The notes: generated by a model not told the origin, from the sequence alone. A DNA stretch of 64,000 bases from an uncultured Gammaproteobacteria bacterium (GCA_964472415.1 CAYYLC010000004.1:33110-97109), one strand, 5' to 3'. Shown: positions 19,900-28,979, counted from the first letter of the stretch. Program-made: numbers and translations.

Positions 19900-20598
19900 T
19901 TGTTTCTATATTTGATAGAATCGAGTCCAGACTTAAGTTATAGGAGGTATCATAGCTCACAAAGCTATAGCGCAAACCAACTATTAAGACTAGGTCGTTC
20001 TTTTACAACCTGGTTCAGGTCACATAATTCAAATCTACTGGGGGAAAACGTGAACAAGAAAACAGAGGCTGAAACACTCGTAGAACTGCAAAAAATCTCA
20101 GCTGGAGAAAATGTTACAAGTGACTTCCGATTCTTCACATCCACTTCTAAAGATCTCTCTGAAAACAAAAGAATCCAATTCAAAGAGATAATCCAAATGC
20201 TTGCCATGGAGCAGGAACAAATGGATATAGATAAGGAAACAGAGGCTGAGACACTCGTTGTAGAACTGCAAGAAATCCCCATTTCGGAGAAGATCGCAGT
20301 CGACCTTAAGTTCTTTGTACCGATTGATTCGGATCTTTCCGAAAACGGAAGAATCCAGATAAAGGAGATGATCCGAATATTTGCGACAGAGCATATGGAA
20401 AAGATCTCACTAGATCAAAAGCCGTATTTTGTAGACTGGGATGAGAGGGGGGAAGACGAGGGATTCGTCCAAGCAGAAAGCATAAGTGCTTTGCTGAAAA
20501 AATACAACCTCACGAAGTACAATGTTACTGTGAAAATCCTTATTCGCAAGCTGGATTCCGCAGCCTTTCCAGTACTTACTGGTGAAGAGAATGGATAA
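19900..20598 (+). CDS. hypothetical protein with internal ~60-aa tandem duplication (true start likely near 20050)
   Basis: Two copies of 'KETEAETLV.ELQ.I...(F/K)FF....DLSEN.RIQ.KE.I..(L/F)A.E'. The first ~50 codons overlap an antisense ORF, so the GTG at ~20050 is a better start. Confidence 0.4.
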   Translation: MFLYLIESSPDLSYRRYHSSQSYSANQLLRLGRSFTTWFRSHNSNLLGENVNKKTEAETLVELQKISAGENVTSDFRFFTSTSKDLSENKRIQFKEIIQMLAMEQEQMDIDKETEAETLVVELQEIPISEKIAVDLKFFVPIDSDLSENGRIQIKEMIRIFATEHMEKISLDQKPYFVDWDERGEDEGFVQAESISALLKKYNLTKYNVTVKILIRKLDSAAFPVLTGEENG

Positions 20599-20773
20599 AC
20601 TTAATGATCCCAAAAAAGGGGGCCTTATATTCCTTGGATTCTTAGGGTTCTTTTTTGGGCAATCATTCCTTCTCACTGGATTACCTGATATAGACATGTT
20701 GATCATTCTAAGCGTAATCATTACGCTCGTAGGGATAGCATTCATAGGCTGCGCATCCCTACTCAAGGAGTAA
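20582..20773 (+). CDS. small hypothetical membrane protein
   Basis: 63 aa with two TM helices. Its start overlaps the stop of the preceding ORF. Confidence 0.25.
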   Translation: MKRMDKLNDPKKGGLIFLGFLGFFFGQSFLLTGLPDIDMLIILSVIITLVGIAFIGCASLLKE

Positions 20774-20982
20774 AACCTGTAATTTGATGAGTATCTACTC
20801 TACGCATCACAACAGAAAATCATTTTGTGATTCTTGTTGCATGAAGTAGAGAAATACTCAAGACCGAACCAGACCTGGAGGGAGTTTAAATATATGTGCC
20901 AAAAAGCACTCGTCGGTTTTCACGCCGTGCATTATTTATTCTCCCTCCTTATTCTCACTCATTGATATACTTGAAACAAAAA

Positions 20983-21708
20983 TCACTCAAGACTTTTCAC
21001 GAAATCATATCCGAGAATTATTACGATCCTACTCTCACTCGACTCTCCTTCTGGCAATTCAGAAACAATTTCCCCTCCAATAACTTCAGAAATTCGCTCT
21101 GCCTCATGCTCAAATTCTTTATCAGAAGTTACGATCATTGTCTTTTCATATGGTTTATCATTTGCATCCAACCTATCGTCCACTGTCACAAATTCCAGTT
21201 CTTCTAACTGTTCCGTCGCGTCCTGAGTAATTCCTACGGTATTTGTTCCGTTCAGGATCAGCACACCCACCTCCTGAAATTCTTCCGGCGTAGGTGTAAT
21301 ACGCGCACTTTCTCCAATACCCTCTGGGGAATAATGTCCAGCATGTACAACTTTTTTAATAGTAGGCCGATAGATTACGCCCAGTTGAGAGTTTCTATAA
21401 AGTAATATCCTATCCCCATTCTGTGCTTTGTGAAAAAAATTATCATCAGGAAGATTTTCACGATCATTAACTGTCGCGATTGTCGGCACTTCATCTGGCA
21501 AAAGGTATTTCTCCTCTACTTCCCGGAGAAGCACTTCAATATCCTCTGAAGAGCCGGCTTGTTGAATATTTTGAGATTTGAGATTGAATCGCTGAATAAT
21601 CTGAGGAGAAAAGAATACCACACCACCCAAGAAGAAAAAGAGAGGGATGGCAAGAACTATAAACATCAAGCGGACACTTATTTCAAACGTATGAGAGTTC
21701 TCTGTCAT
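20983..21708 (-). CDS. membrane-anchored LytR_C-domain-like protein
   Basis: N-terminal TM helix. C-terminal 'VGVLILNGTNTVGITQDATEQLEELEFV...TMIVTSDKEFEHEAERISEVIGGEIV' fits the LytR C-terminal domain pattern. Confidence 0.45.
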   Translation of the reverse strand: MTENSHTFEISVRLMFIVLAIPLFFFLGGVVFFSPQIIQRFNLKSQNIQQAGSSEDIEVLLREVEEKYLLPDEVPTIATVNDRENLPDDNFFHKAQNGDRILLYRNSQLGVIYRPTIKKVVHAGHYSPEGIGESARITPTPEEFQEVGVLILNGTNTVGITQDATEQLEELEFVTVDDRLDANDKPYEKTMIVTSDKEFEHEAERISEVIGGEIVSELPEGESSESRIVIILGYDFVKSLE

Positions 21709-22399
21709 TGATCCATATTATGGATTCTTAAAAATAAAGAGTCAAATTATCTGCTTATCATCTAAGCCGCCGCAGTCCATGAGAGGTAATCGAAATAAGA
21801 AGCAAGTTTTTTTATTCTGGGCAAGATTTTTTTAAAGGGGCTATGAAATCTTACTTCTCACGGACTGCACATGTAAAATCGGTTTAACCAACTACTTTGC
21901 GTAGCTTGCTAAAAAGAAATATACGAGTTGGCGGGCGTGTTTTTTTGCATTTTTTACAACAGCTGCCACTACACCTCACCCCCTTTCATAATTGCTTTAT
22001 AAGTAAATAGTTCCATAGCTATCTAATCAATCCTTTTAATTTCATTGTCAAATTTCGGCATAGATTCCAATCGATCATAGGAAAACTCCTCCATCATGAG
22101 ATCAAAGATTTCAATATTTTCTGAAACGACTACAATTTCAAACTTTTGCTTAATTTTCATCTCATTGAATCAGTGACTTGCTCAAGATATGCCACACTAG
22201 CCCCGTCGGCATGAACATGTGGTCCTTCTACAAGAAAAAATGATGCGAGAAGAAATGATGCGATAAAAAGAAATGCTATTCTTTTGGGATGTGTGAAAAA
22301 TTTTCTATTTTGCCTCAATGAGCCGATTATTACTTTCATAGTTTTCTAGAATATACCCATTCAATCAGGTTCAGTTGAAGGGGTCAAATATAGTTTTAT

Positions 22400-22439
22400 T
22401 TTGCATAATATTGTATATAATTGCATAATATTGTATAGT
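22400..22439. repeat. tandem 20-bp direct repeat (TTGCATAATATTGTATA-N3) x2, operator-like
   Basis: 'ttgcataatattgtatataa' is followed at once by 'ttgcataatattgtatagtt' (18/20 identical). It ends 8 bp before the HTH gene start. Confidence 0.6.
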
Positions 22440-22446
22440 TAAAATT

Positions 22447-22722
22447 ATGGATAATTTTTATAATGTAAATCAAGCAGCCTTTATCATGAAAGTCCACCCA
22501 CTTACAATTCGCCGATATATTCGCGAAGGTGTATTGAAGGCGGTACGTCTCGGTGGAAATGTTCGGATAAAAGAACAAGATCTTCAGCATTTCATGCGCG
22601 ACTTTGAACCACGAAGCAAAAAAGAGACCTCGCCATTCCGAAAAATCTCACAACAAAAAAAATTCACTACGGCTGACCCATTTTTGAGGTTAAAAGGACG
22701 AGCAGTAACCGTTGACATATAG
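22447..22722 (+). CDS. excisionase/MerR-type HTH DNA-binding protein (candidate antitoxin)
   Basis: 'AAFIMKVHPLTIRRYIREGVLKAVRLGGNVRIKEQDL' is the Xis-family HTH. It lies 5 bp upstream of the PIN-like ORF. Confidence 0.55.
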   Translation: MDNFYNVNQAAFIMKVHPLTIRRYIREGVLKAVRLGGNVRIKEQDLQHFMRDFEPRSKKETSPFRKISQQKKFTTADPFLRLKGRAVTVDI

Positions 22723-22727
22723 ACCAA

Positions 22728-23150
22728 ATGGCATTATCAAAAAAAGTTATTATAGCTCCGGATGCAATATATTCGTATATTGACAGAGCATCTGATAAAC
22801 ATCAGCAAGCTGTCGCATTTTTCCGCTATTTCTCAGAAGAACATTATCGCGTGTTTGTTGATATATTAAGTATTAATGATGTATACAATGATATATATAA
22901 ACGCATGAGCCAAGACCTAGCAAAAGACTTCCTCCGAATTGTCTCTCTCTCAGATATGAATCTTATATACCCTGATGAAGGGGAAATAAAAGCAGCAGTT
23001 AAAGCACTTATAAACTATCGCTCATTGGATCTTACTTTTTCTCAAGCAGCACTTTCAGTGGTAGCATCTCGAAGAAATATTAATCAAGTCGCAACTTTTC
23101 AAACACTTACTCCCCTTTTTGGACTCCAGACATTCTACCTTCCTATCTAA
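22728..23150 (+). CDS. PIN-domain-like protein (candidate VapC-type toxin)
   Basis: 140 aa. The N-terminal 'KVIIAPDAIYSYIDRASDKHQQA' beta-strand plus Asp, the conserved acidic positions and the size are all PIN-like. It is tightly coupled to the HTH gene. Confidence 0.4.
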   Translation: MALSKKVIIAPDAIYSYIDRASDKHQQAVAFFRYFSEEHYRVFVDILSINDVYNDIYKRMSQDLAKDFLRIVSLSDMNLIYPDEGEIKAAVKALINYRSLDLTFSQAALSVVASRRNINQVATFQTLTPLFGLQTFYLPI

Positions 23151-23256
23151 CTATAGTTAATTGTATAGCAATAATATTTAAAGTATAGCAATATATCTTA
23201 ATTTTATCCTCACGTTGGTTTGGAAAAGAGATTTTTTTTGCTATAATTACCCTATT

Positions 23257-23327
23257 GCCTCTGTAGCTCAACGGCAGAGCGGCGGTTTTGTAAACCGTTG
23301 ATACGGGTTCGATTCCTGTCAGGGGCT
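23257..23327 (+). tRNA. tRNA-Thr (anticodon UGU)
   Basis: Acceptor GCCTCTG/CAGGGGC, D arm GCTC-AACGGCA-GAGC, anticodon stem GCGGT/ACCGT with loop TTTGTAA, T arm ACGGG-TTCGATT-CCTGT. Confidence 0.85.
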
Positions 23328-23399
23328 CACATAATTCAAACTTTGAGATAGCCCCTTTGCTATTAACTCAATATTTTTACTTATATAAAAAGGGCACAT

Positions 23400-24038
23400 T
23401 TATTTCCCTGCTTTTAGCCAATTTGCGCCAGCATATACTATTGGAGAAGACATTACACCCCACATCATTTTAAAAATAAGATACGGAACAGTCATTTGAA
23501 TTATGAAAGCACCAGTAAACTCAGGGGTTAATTTATAAAATGCGAGGAACATGAACACAAATGAGTCAATAGTTAGCGAAAGAAGTGTTGAAGCGTTTGT
23601 TCGTAACCAAAGGAATTTTCCCTCGGTTTGTTTTTTCCAAAAATTAAACGACCATACATCATGAAACTGAGATATCAAAAATGCAACGATTGATGCGGCT
23701 ACTATTCTGGCAGATGTCCCAAATATCGCACTATACTCTGCATCCTGAGTAAATCGACTCGCAGGAGGGAGCCATACAAAAAATATAATGAATGCCAGAA
23801 ACACCGTAAGTGTTACAACTCCTGCAATAACTAACTCCTGAGCCTTTCTCTTACCATACACCTCTTCTACAATATCTGTCATAAGAAATGATAATGGTAC
23901 AATAAGAAACGCTACAGATACCGCAAACGGGCCGAAGGGGATAATTTTCGCACCCAATACATTCATCCCAATCATAAACCCGATAAAAAGCCCAAAGATA
24001 ATAGAAAATCGCATATCGCGTGAAAGAGATAATTTCAT
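23400..24038 (-). CDS. YhhQ/Vut-family (queuosine-precursor transporter-like) membrane protein
   Basis: 212 aa with 6 TM helices. 'GPFAVSVAFLIVPLSFLMTDIVEEVYG' resembles the conserved N-terminal region of YhhQ/DUF165. Confidence 0.5.
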   Translation of the reverse strand: MKLSLSRDMRFSIIFGLFIGFMIGMNVLGAKIIPFGPFAVSVAFLIVPLSFLMTDIVEEVYGKRKAQELVIAGVVTLTVFLAFIIFFVWLPPASRFTQDAEYSAIFGTSARIVAASIVAFLISQFHDVWSFNFWKKQTEGKFLWLRTNASTLLSLTIDSFVFMFLAFYKLTPEFTGAFIIQMTVPYLIFKMMWGVMSSPIVYAGANWLKAGK

Positions 24039-24099
24039 TGCTAGAATTCTAACAAATAGAAGTTAGCTCGACAAGAGAAGATATTTTCTAACTATATTC

Positions 24100-24142
24100 A
24101 AAGACAAAGAAAAAGCCCCGTGCGAAAATATATGCACGGGGC
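24100..24142 (-). terminator. rho-independent terminator (minus strand)
   Basis: A 9-bp GC stem (GCCCCGTGC...GCACGGGGC) with a 10-nt loop, followed on the minus strand by TTTTTCTTTGTCTTT. Confidence 0.55.
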
Positions 24143-24149
24143 TAAAAAT

Positions 24150-24500
24150 AAATTCTCCATGATAGAAATCCTTGATCCGACAGCAATTGTCGGAATAGTA
24201 TATTTCACACGGTTCGTTGGCAAAGAGCTACCTTCGCCTGATGAAGCCTTGCTTTCCCCCACAAGGCGTCGAGATAGCACGAATTGACGTGCTTCGCTCT
24301 GCTAACCTCACGCCTTTCCGGGCTGCGAAGCGATTTGCTTCGCGTTCCAGATATACAGCGCGCTGCTTTTCTGTCATCTGACTCGAGCTATCCTCGAGTC
24401 TCTGACTATACTCATCCCTGGGCGGCAACACACCCTCCTAGTGGTGTTTCTAGGCCAGAACTACTTCTGGCATTCTCAACGAACACAATAATTATATATA
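24150..24500 (-). ncRNA. GC-rich structured segment: candidate unidentified ncRNA or small basic-protein gene (67-aa GTG-start ORF 24228..24431)
   Basis: Local GC is ~52-55% against a ~35% background. There are several perfect hairpins (e.g. GCGAAGC-gattt-GCTTCGC). It is capped by the terminator at 24100..24142. The identity is not resolved. Confidence 0.25.
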
Positions 24501-24557
24501 ATATTATAGGTTTGTCAAGGGGTGAACTGCAGTATCAGAAGGGACACCTTAAGGGAT

Positions 24558-25154
24558 TTATTTATCAAACTCAAAAATACCATAAAAACTCCTTGCATCA
24601 TCAGATCCAGCATATGAATGCAACGGCTGAGGTCTTAGTGTTCGCGCTGGAAGAATGACCTCTTGTTCGGGCTCTATCATCTTCTCTCCAATAATTAACC
24701 CGTTCACTGTCTCGAGAAATTGCCAACTGCGCTCTGATGAGTCCTCATCTGGCAACGACAATCCTTGTTCATCTTTGACATCCAATATGCCATTTTCTTT
24801 CGTAGATATATCCACAAAATGATGCTCGCCATTTACCACCATCCCTATATAGAGCTCTTCGCCATACTTAGTCTTATTATAAGCTGCCTGCACCTCTCCC
24901 TCATCTTCGTTATTAAGCTGAAATTTAAATGTATTTTTATAAGAATTCTCATTTATCCATTCTCCACTTTCCTGAAGGGATTCTAAAAACGGAAGCGCAA
25001 GCGCATCATTCAATACTTTAGCTGCACGCCCTTGAATAGCTTCGCAACTCAATTGATGAGATTCCATGTTCGAATCTGGGGTTGTTTCTCTAGGAGACGA
25101 ATGATCCAAAGCATCGGGAGATACTCTGTATGATAAATCCTCAATTCTAGACAT
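24558..25154 (-). CDS. hypothetical protein (on GC-rich island)
   Basis: 198-aa acidic ORF with a codon composition unlike the surrounding genome. Confidence 0.35.
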   Translation of the reverse strand: MSRIEDLSYRVSPDALDHSSPRETTPDSNMESHQLSCEAIQGRAAKVLNDALALPFLESLQESGEWINENSYKNTFKFQLNNEDEGEVQAAYNKTKYGEELYIGMVVNGEHHFVDISTKENGILDVKDEQGLSLPDEDSSERSWQFLETVNGLIIGEKMIEPEQEVILPARTLRPQPLHSYAGSDDARSFYGIFEFDK

Positions 25155-25354
25155 CTACTTATAGAAAATCACACTCTTCTCCTCTCTGTCAAGAGCTTTT
25201 TCAAAAAAATTTAAACCGAAGACTCCGATTTTTAAGGGATTTAGGAAGAAATAGTGACGGGAAAGATATACAGAAAATTCTGCATAAAACGACTAACGTC
25301 GCACTCCTCCCGCCACTAAAAATGGCACCACCTCAATTCTTTTTGCTTATAGAC

Positions 25355-25789
25355 TCAGACTTTACAAGGTCTAAAACGAACACTCATCAGACAATTTCTA
25401 TCTGGCCGCAAATCACGACATTTAAAATGCCAGATATTTCGCCCTTCCTCTCGCTCACCATTCTGGAACTCACTATTCTGCAACTCAAGAATGGGCTGGA
25501 GAGAAACAGGAACTGGAAGACTATCACCCTCAAGGATGATTATGACTTCAGAAATATACCCCCTCTCATCGAAAACGTGAGGAGAGATCTGCACTGTGTA
25601 TGCTGCACAAGAAACTTGGAATCCTCTCTCAGAAGGCTTCTCATCAAGAAGATTGACAAGATCACCCCCATAAAAAACAGGGATGCTTAGAGACTCGATA
25701 AGAGCCATAGGCGGCTCCCATGGTTCTGTCTGAGGATGGTGCGATGATGATTGCATAGCCTCGGTTGAAATGACCTGCATCGAGTTCAT
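25355..25789 (-). CDS. hypothetical protein (on GC-rich island)
   Basis: 144-aa ORF. It is preferred over the overlapping plus-strand ORF because it is co-oriented with the rest of the island. Confidence 0.3.
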   Translation of the reverse strand: MNSMQVISTEAMQSSSHHPQTEPWEPPMALIESLSIPVFYGGDLVNLLDEKPSERGFQVSCAAYTVQISPHVFDERGYISEVIIILEGDSLPVPVSLQPILELQNSEFQNGEREEGRNIWHFKCRDLRPDRNCLMSVRFRPCKV

Positions 25790-25816
25790 TCTTCTATCCC
25801 TTCTCGCGACAATCGC

Positions 25817-26122
25817 TCATGTATGTCTTGAATCGTACTGATACGTACTAATTCGAAACCATACTCCATACTCTATCAAAGAATATGGTGGTTCAGAATC
25901 AGAGCGCAAGCTCAGCGCTAAATAGTGCTGGAATTGCAATCTTTCACTCTTCTTTATGAATTGTGGCGGGGTTGATTCCTGTTCTACACAGCAGAAAAAA
26001 GATCGTACTATTACCCGACCTCTTATCTTGATAAATTCCCTCCCAACATGTGATTCGTAAAGCAAAAAGTATTGCTCCACGAGAAAAAGACGAGAGATCC
26101 TCCTCCTCTTTTCATGGAGCAA
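25817..26122 (-). CDS. hypothetical protein (on GC-rich island)
   Basis: 101-aa ORF. Confidence 0.25.
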   Translation of the reverse strand: MLHEKRRRISRLFLVEQYFLLYESHVGREFIKIRGRVIVRSFFCCVEQESTPPQFIKKSERLQFQHYLALSLRSDSEPPYSLIEYGVWFRISTYQYDSRHT

Positions 26123-26420
26123 TTTGAAGTGATGTTAATGTACTCTTTCTGATTCGAAATTAATCTTGCAAATTAGAGATAATTTGAATCAAATCGAAAG
26201 TATATTATATACCTTCCTGCAAGATTTATTGCAAATAAGAAATGTGGTGGGAAATAAAAGATTATCTCCTACGAGAACAGCAGATAATAACTATCTCCCA
26301 CCACGAATTTTACCCTCTATGAGGGTACCGTATTTCCTCTGAAAATCGGTGTTATAATGCACCCTTATCTCTTTTTCTAAGAGATAATAAAATCCAGAGC
26401 AAGCTGAATTGTCGACATGT

Positions 26421-26819
26421 TCAGATAGATACGGCAAGGAAAAAGGAATAGCTCCTCCGAAAAAGTCCGGGGAACATTGCCATACCCTGGCTATCAAATC
26501 GTGTCACATATGGGTAGCCACGACCTGATTTTCTCACGAGAACTAACTGGACCTTCTCAAAGAAAAGGGCATGTTGTACCTGAAATTGACTCTGCACTAA
26601 CTGCAGACTGCAATGGATGTCAATCTCCCCTTTCTCCGTCTTGGTCGGCTGAATTGTAAAACTCAGCAGACACTGGGTGAAGGAATGGGATTGGTGAGAT
26701 TGATTTGTGTCTATGCGCAGGTCCCGCGCATAAACCTCTTGGACTATTTCCGAAACTTGCATCGCCTGAGTCTTGTACCGAATCACAACGCCTCCTCGGC
26801 AAACTTCCTTGCCAAACAT
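26421..26819 (-). CDS. hypothetical protein (on GC-rich island)
   Basis: 132-aa ORF. Confidence 0.25.
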   Translation of the reverse strand: MFGKEVCRGGVVIRYKTQAMQVSEIVQEVYARDLRIDTNQSHQSHSFTQCLLSFTIQPTKTEKGEIDIHCSLQLVQSQFQVQHALFFEKVQLVLVRKSGRGYPYVTRFDSQGMAMFPGLFRRSYSFFLAVSI

Positions 26820-27106
26820 TTTGAGACATGATCCCCACAGGCATTGCAGTACTCCTCCTGCATTTGTTGAAAATGATGTTCGTATTCTACGATTGCTCGT
26901 AGGTCACCTTGGACTTTTGTGCTCCATCCACAGGAGCACAAAATACTCCACTTGCCATCCTCAAGTTCTCTCACCTGCACCATTTCGTGTTGTGCAGGCA
27001 CTATGCGTCTTTGAGACACTGATCGACTCCTTTCATTGTAAATACGTGTGATTTCTGCCTCACGAGGAAAACGCATCTCTTGCGTCCTCTTCATGAGGCA
27101 GAACAT
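26783..27106 (-). CDS. hypothetical Cys-containing protein (on GC-rich island)
   Basis: 107 aa with 'CSCGWS' and 'CNACGDH', a possible zinc-binding pair. Confidence 0.3.
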   Translation of the reverse strand: MFCLMKRTQEMRFPREAEITRIYNERSRSVSQRRIVPAQHEMVQVRELEDGKWSILCSCGWSTKVQGDLRAIVEYEHHFQQMQEEYCNACGDHVSKCLARKFAEEAL

Positions 27107-27256
27107 AGAGGGCTGTTAAAGAGCAATTCCCCCAACTAATAACCCATGCAAAACGGATTTATATCGGGGAAATTCAGATGTAAAGTATATCAAATAATTA
27201 GTATTATGTCAATGACTATGGGATTATTTTTGAACGTAAGTCTATAAGATTTTATG

Positions 27257-27328
27257 AGCCGAAGGTGGGATTTGAACCCACGACTTACTCTTTACGAAAG
27301 AGTTACTCTACCTCTGAGTTACTTCGGC
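27257..27328 (-). tRNA. tRNA-Thr (anticodon CGU)
   Basis: Minus-strand cloverleaf. Acceptor GCCGAAG/CTTCGGC, anticodon stem ACTCT/AGAGT with loop TTCGTAA, T arm GTGGG-TTCAAAT-CCCAC. Confidence 0.85.
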
Positions 27329-27906
27329 ACAATAATTTTCAAATTATAACAAAAAATTATCCTTATCTCCTTCTCAAAGAATAATTATTTCTTCGCCTCA
27401 AATTATTGAAAAAGAGAGGAGGTACGTATATACATTCAGCCTCACGAATATATTATCAAATATAGTCAAATTACATCAATTTACAACCGATCTATATCAG
27501 AGACTTGAGGGAATTTTGTTATCAACTTAATTTGAGGTGAACAAAACAATACGAATCACATGTTGAGGAATAATATCTGGCTCCCAAGTCTTTATAACGC
27601 ATCGATTTCCCCTTATATCCAGGTGAGTAGGACTCATCCGCCAACCAAGGCTGACAGATATATGGCCCGTACACTCGAATAAACTGAGATTACTCGTATT
27701 GATTAGTCGTAGAGAAAAACAATTATGCGTTTTAAAGAGCTTTAGAGCCATAGCCAGAATACCCTAGAACCAGAATAAAGTCAAGCAAATATACTGAAAA
27801 TTTTATCTATCATTATTTATATAGAAATATAACTTACAGTATAGTAATAATTCATATTTTTCTATCACATTCTCACAAAAAATATCTATTTTTGCTAAAA
27901 TAACAT

Positions 27907-28686
27907 ATGGATCTTGTCTCTCTTACTATACTCTCGCTCATAGAGGGGGTCACTGAATTTCTCCCTATATCTTCAACTGGGCACCTTATCCTTGCTTCAA
28001 ATCTCTTGGCACTCCCAAATACTGACTTTCTCAAAACATTTCAAATCGTTATCCAGCTCGGCGCAGTACTTGCAGTAATACATCTATACTGGAAACAAAT
28101 ATATCAAAATCCTAGTCTCCTCAAAAAACTTGTCTTCGGCATGACTCCGACTATTATTGTAGGGACAACTCTCTATCCTATTCTCAAAAGTGTCTTATTA
28201 GAAAGCAGTCAAATTGTATCAATCAGCCTTATTATTGGAGGAATTCTCATTATTTTTATAGAACACAAGCTCAAAAAGTATGAAAGGGGCATACGAAAAT
28301 CTACACAAGAATTGCAAAATATCACTAACAGGCAGGCATTTATTACAGGTCTGACCCAAAGCATCGCAATAATTCCAGGAGTCAGTCGTTCTGGTGCCAG
28401 TATCTTTGGCGGAATGCTATTTGGGATGAATAGAAAAACTGCGACCGAATTCTCATTCCTTCTCGCACTTCCGACGATTGCTGCCGCGAGTGGATTTGAT
28501 CTTATTCAAACTGCGCCATCTTTCTCTCAGAAAGAAATACTATATCTGATAGCTGGAATCATGCTCTCGTTTATCGTAGCGCTATTCGCCATAAAATGGC
28601 TCCTCAAATATATAACCACGCATTCTTTTGTGGTATTTGGATGGTATCGAATTATTCTAGGGATAATCTTTCTTATAATCCTATAA
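27907..28686 (+). CDS. uppP: undecaprenyl-diphosphatase
   Basis: 'EGVTEFLPISSTGHLIL' N-terminus and overall UppP/BacA topology. Confidence 0.85.
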   Translation: MDLVSLTILSLIEGVTEFLPISSTGHLILASNLLALPNTDFLKTFQIVIQLGAVLAVIHLYWKQIYQNPSLLKKLVFGMTPTIIVGTTLYPILKSVLLESSQIVSISLIIGGILIIFIEHKLKKYERGIRKSTQELQNITNRQAFITGLTQSIAIIPGVSRSGASIFGGMLFGMNRKTATEFSFLLALPTIAAASGFDLIQTAPSFSQKEILYLIAGIMLSFIVALFAIKWLLKYITTHSFVVFGWYRIILGIIFLIIL

Positions 28687-28979
28687 TATTGACTTTAAGG
28701 TAAAATCTAGCATACTTGCGCCACATTATCGAGGCAAATATATTGCACTACTTACTCACGATGATCGCTTCCCCGTCTACTCGGCGAGATACAAATTCTT
28801 TAACAATTCTCTTACGCACTTGTCCCACGGAAAGATGGCACTCTTATATTATCGTCTGTTCGTGGAAAAAACAAAATCAAAGCCCTAAAAGAGGAAAGGG
28901 GCACCATGTGTAGAAGGAGAGAGCTTGTTTTTCCCTACACGCCAACCTATTTTATAGATTTCACCCATGCTAACGAGTA

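Noticed and set aside
20011-23340. 14-bp direct repeat 'TCACATAATTCAAA' at 20011..20024 and 23327..23340. The latter overlaps the 3' end of tRNA-Thr(UGU). It was considered as attL/attR of a 3.3-kb integrated element.
   Set aside because: A 14-mer match in 64 kb of AT-rich DNA is expected by chance. The upstream copy lies on the wrong side of the tRNA for classic 3'-end integration, the match does not extend into tRNA sequence, and no integrase is present.
24150-24500. Attempt to assign the GC-rich structured segment to tmRNA (ANRFAA-like frame), RNase P, SRP or 6S RNA.
   Set aside because: I could find no tag-peptide frame ending in a stop, no GGUUCGAnUCC T-loop, no P4/CR-I RNase P motifs and no SRP domain IV motif. 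The identity is left open rather than asserted.
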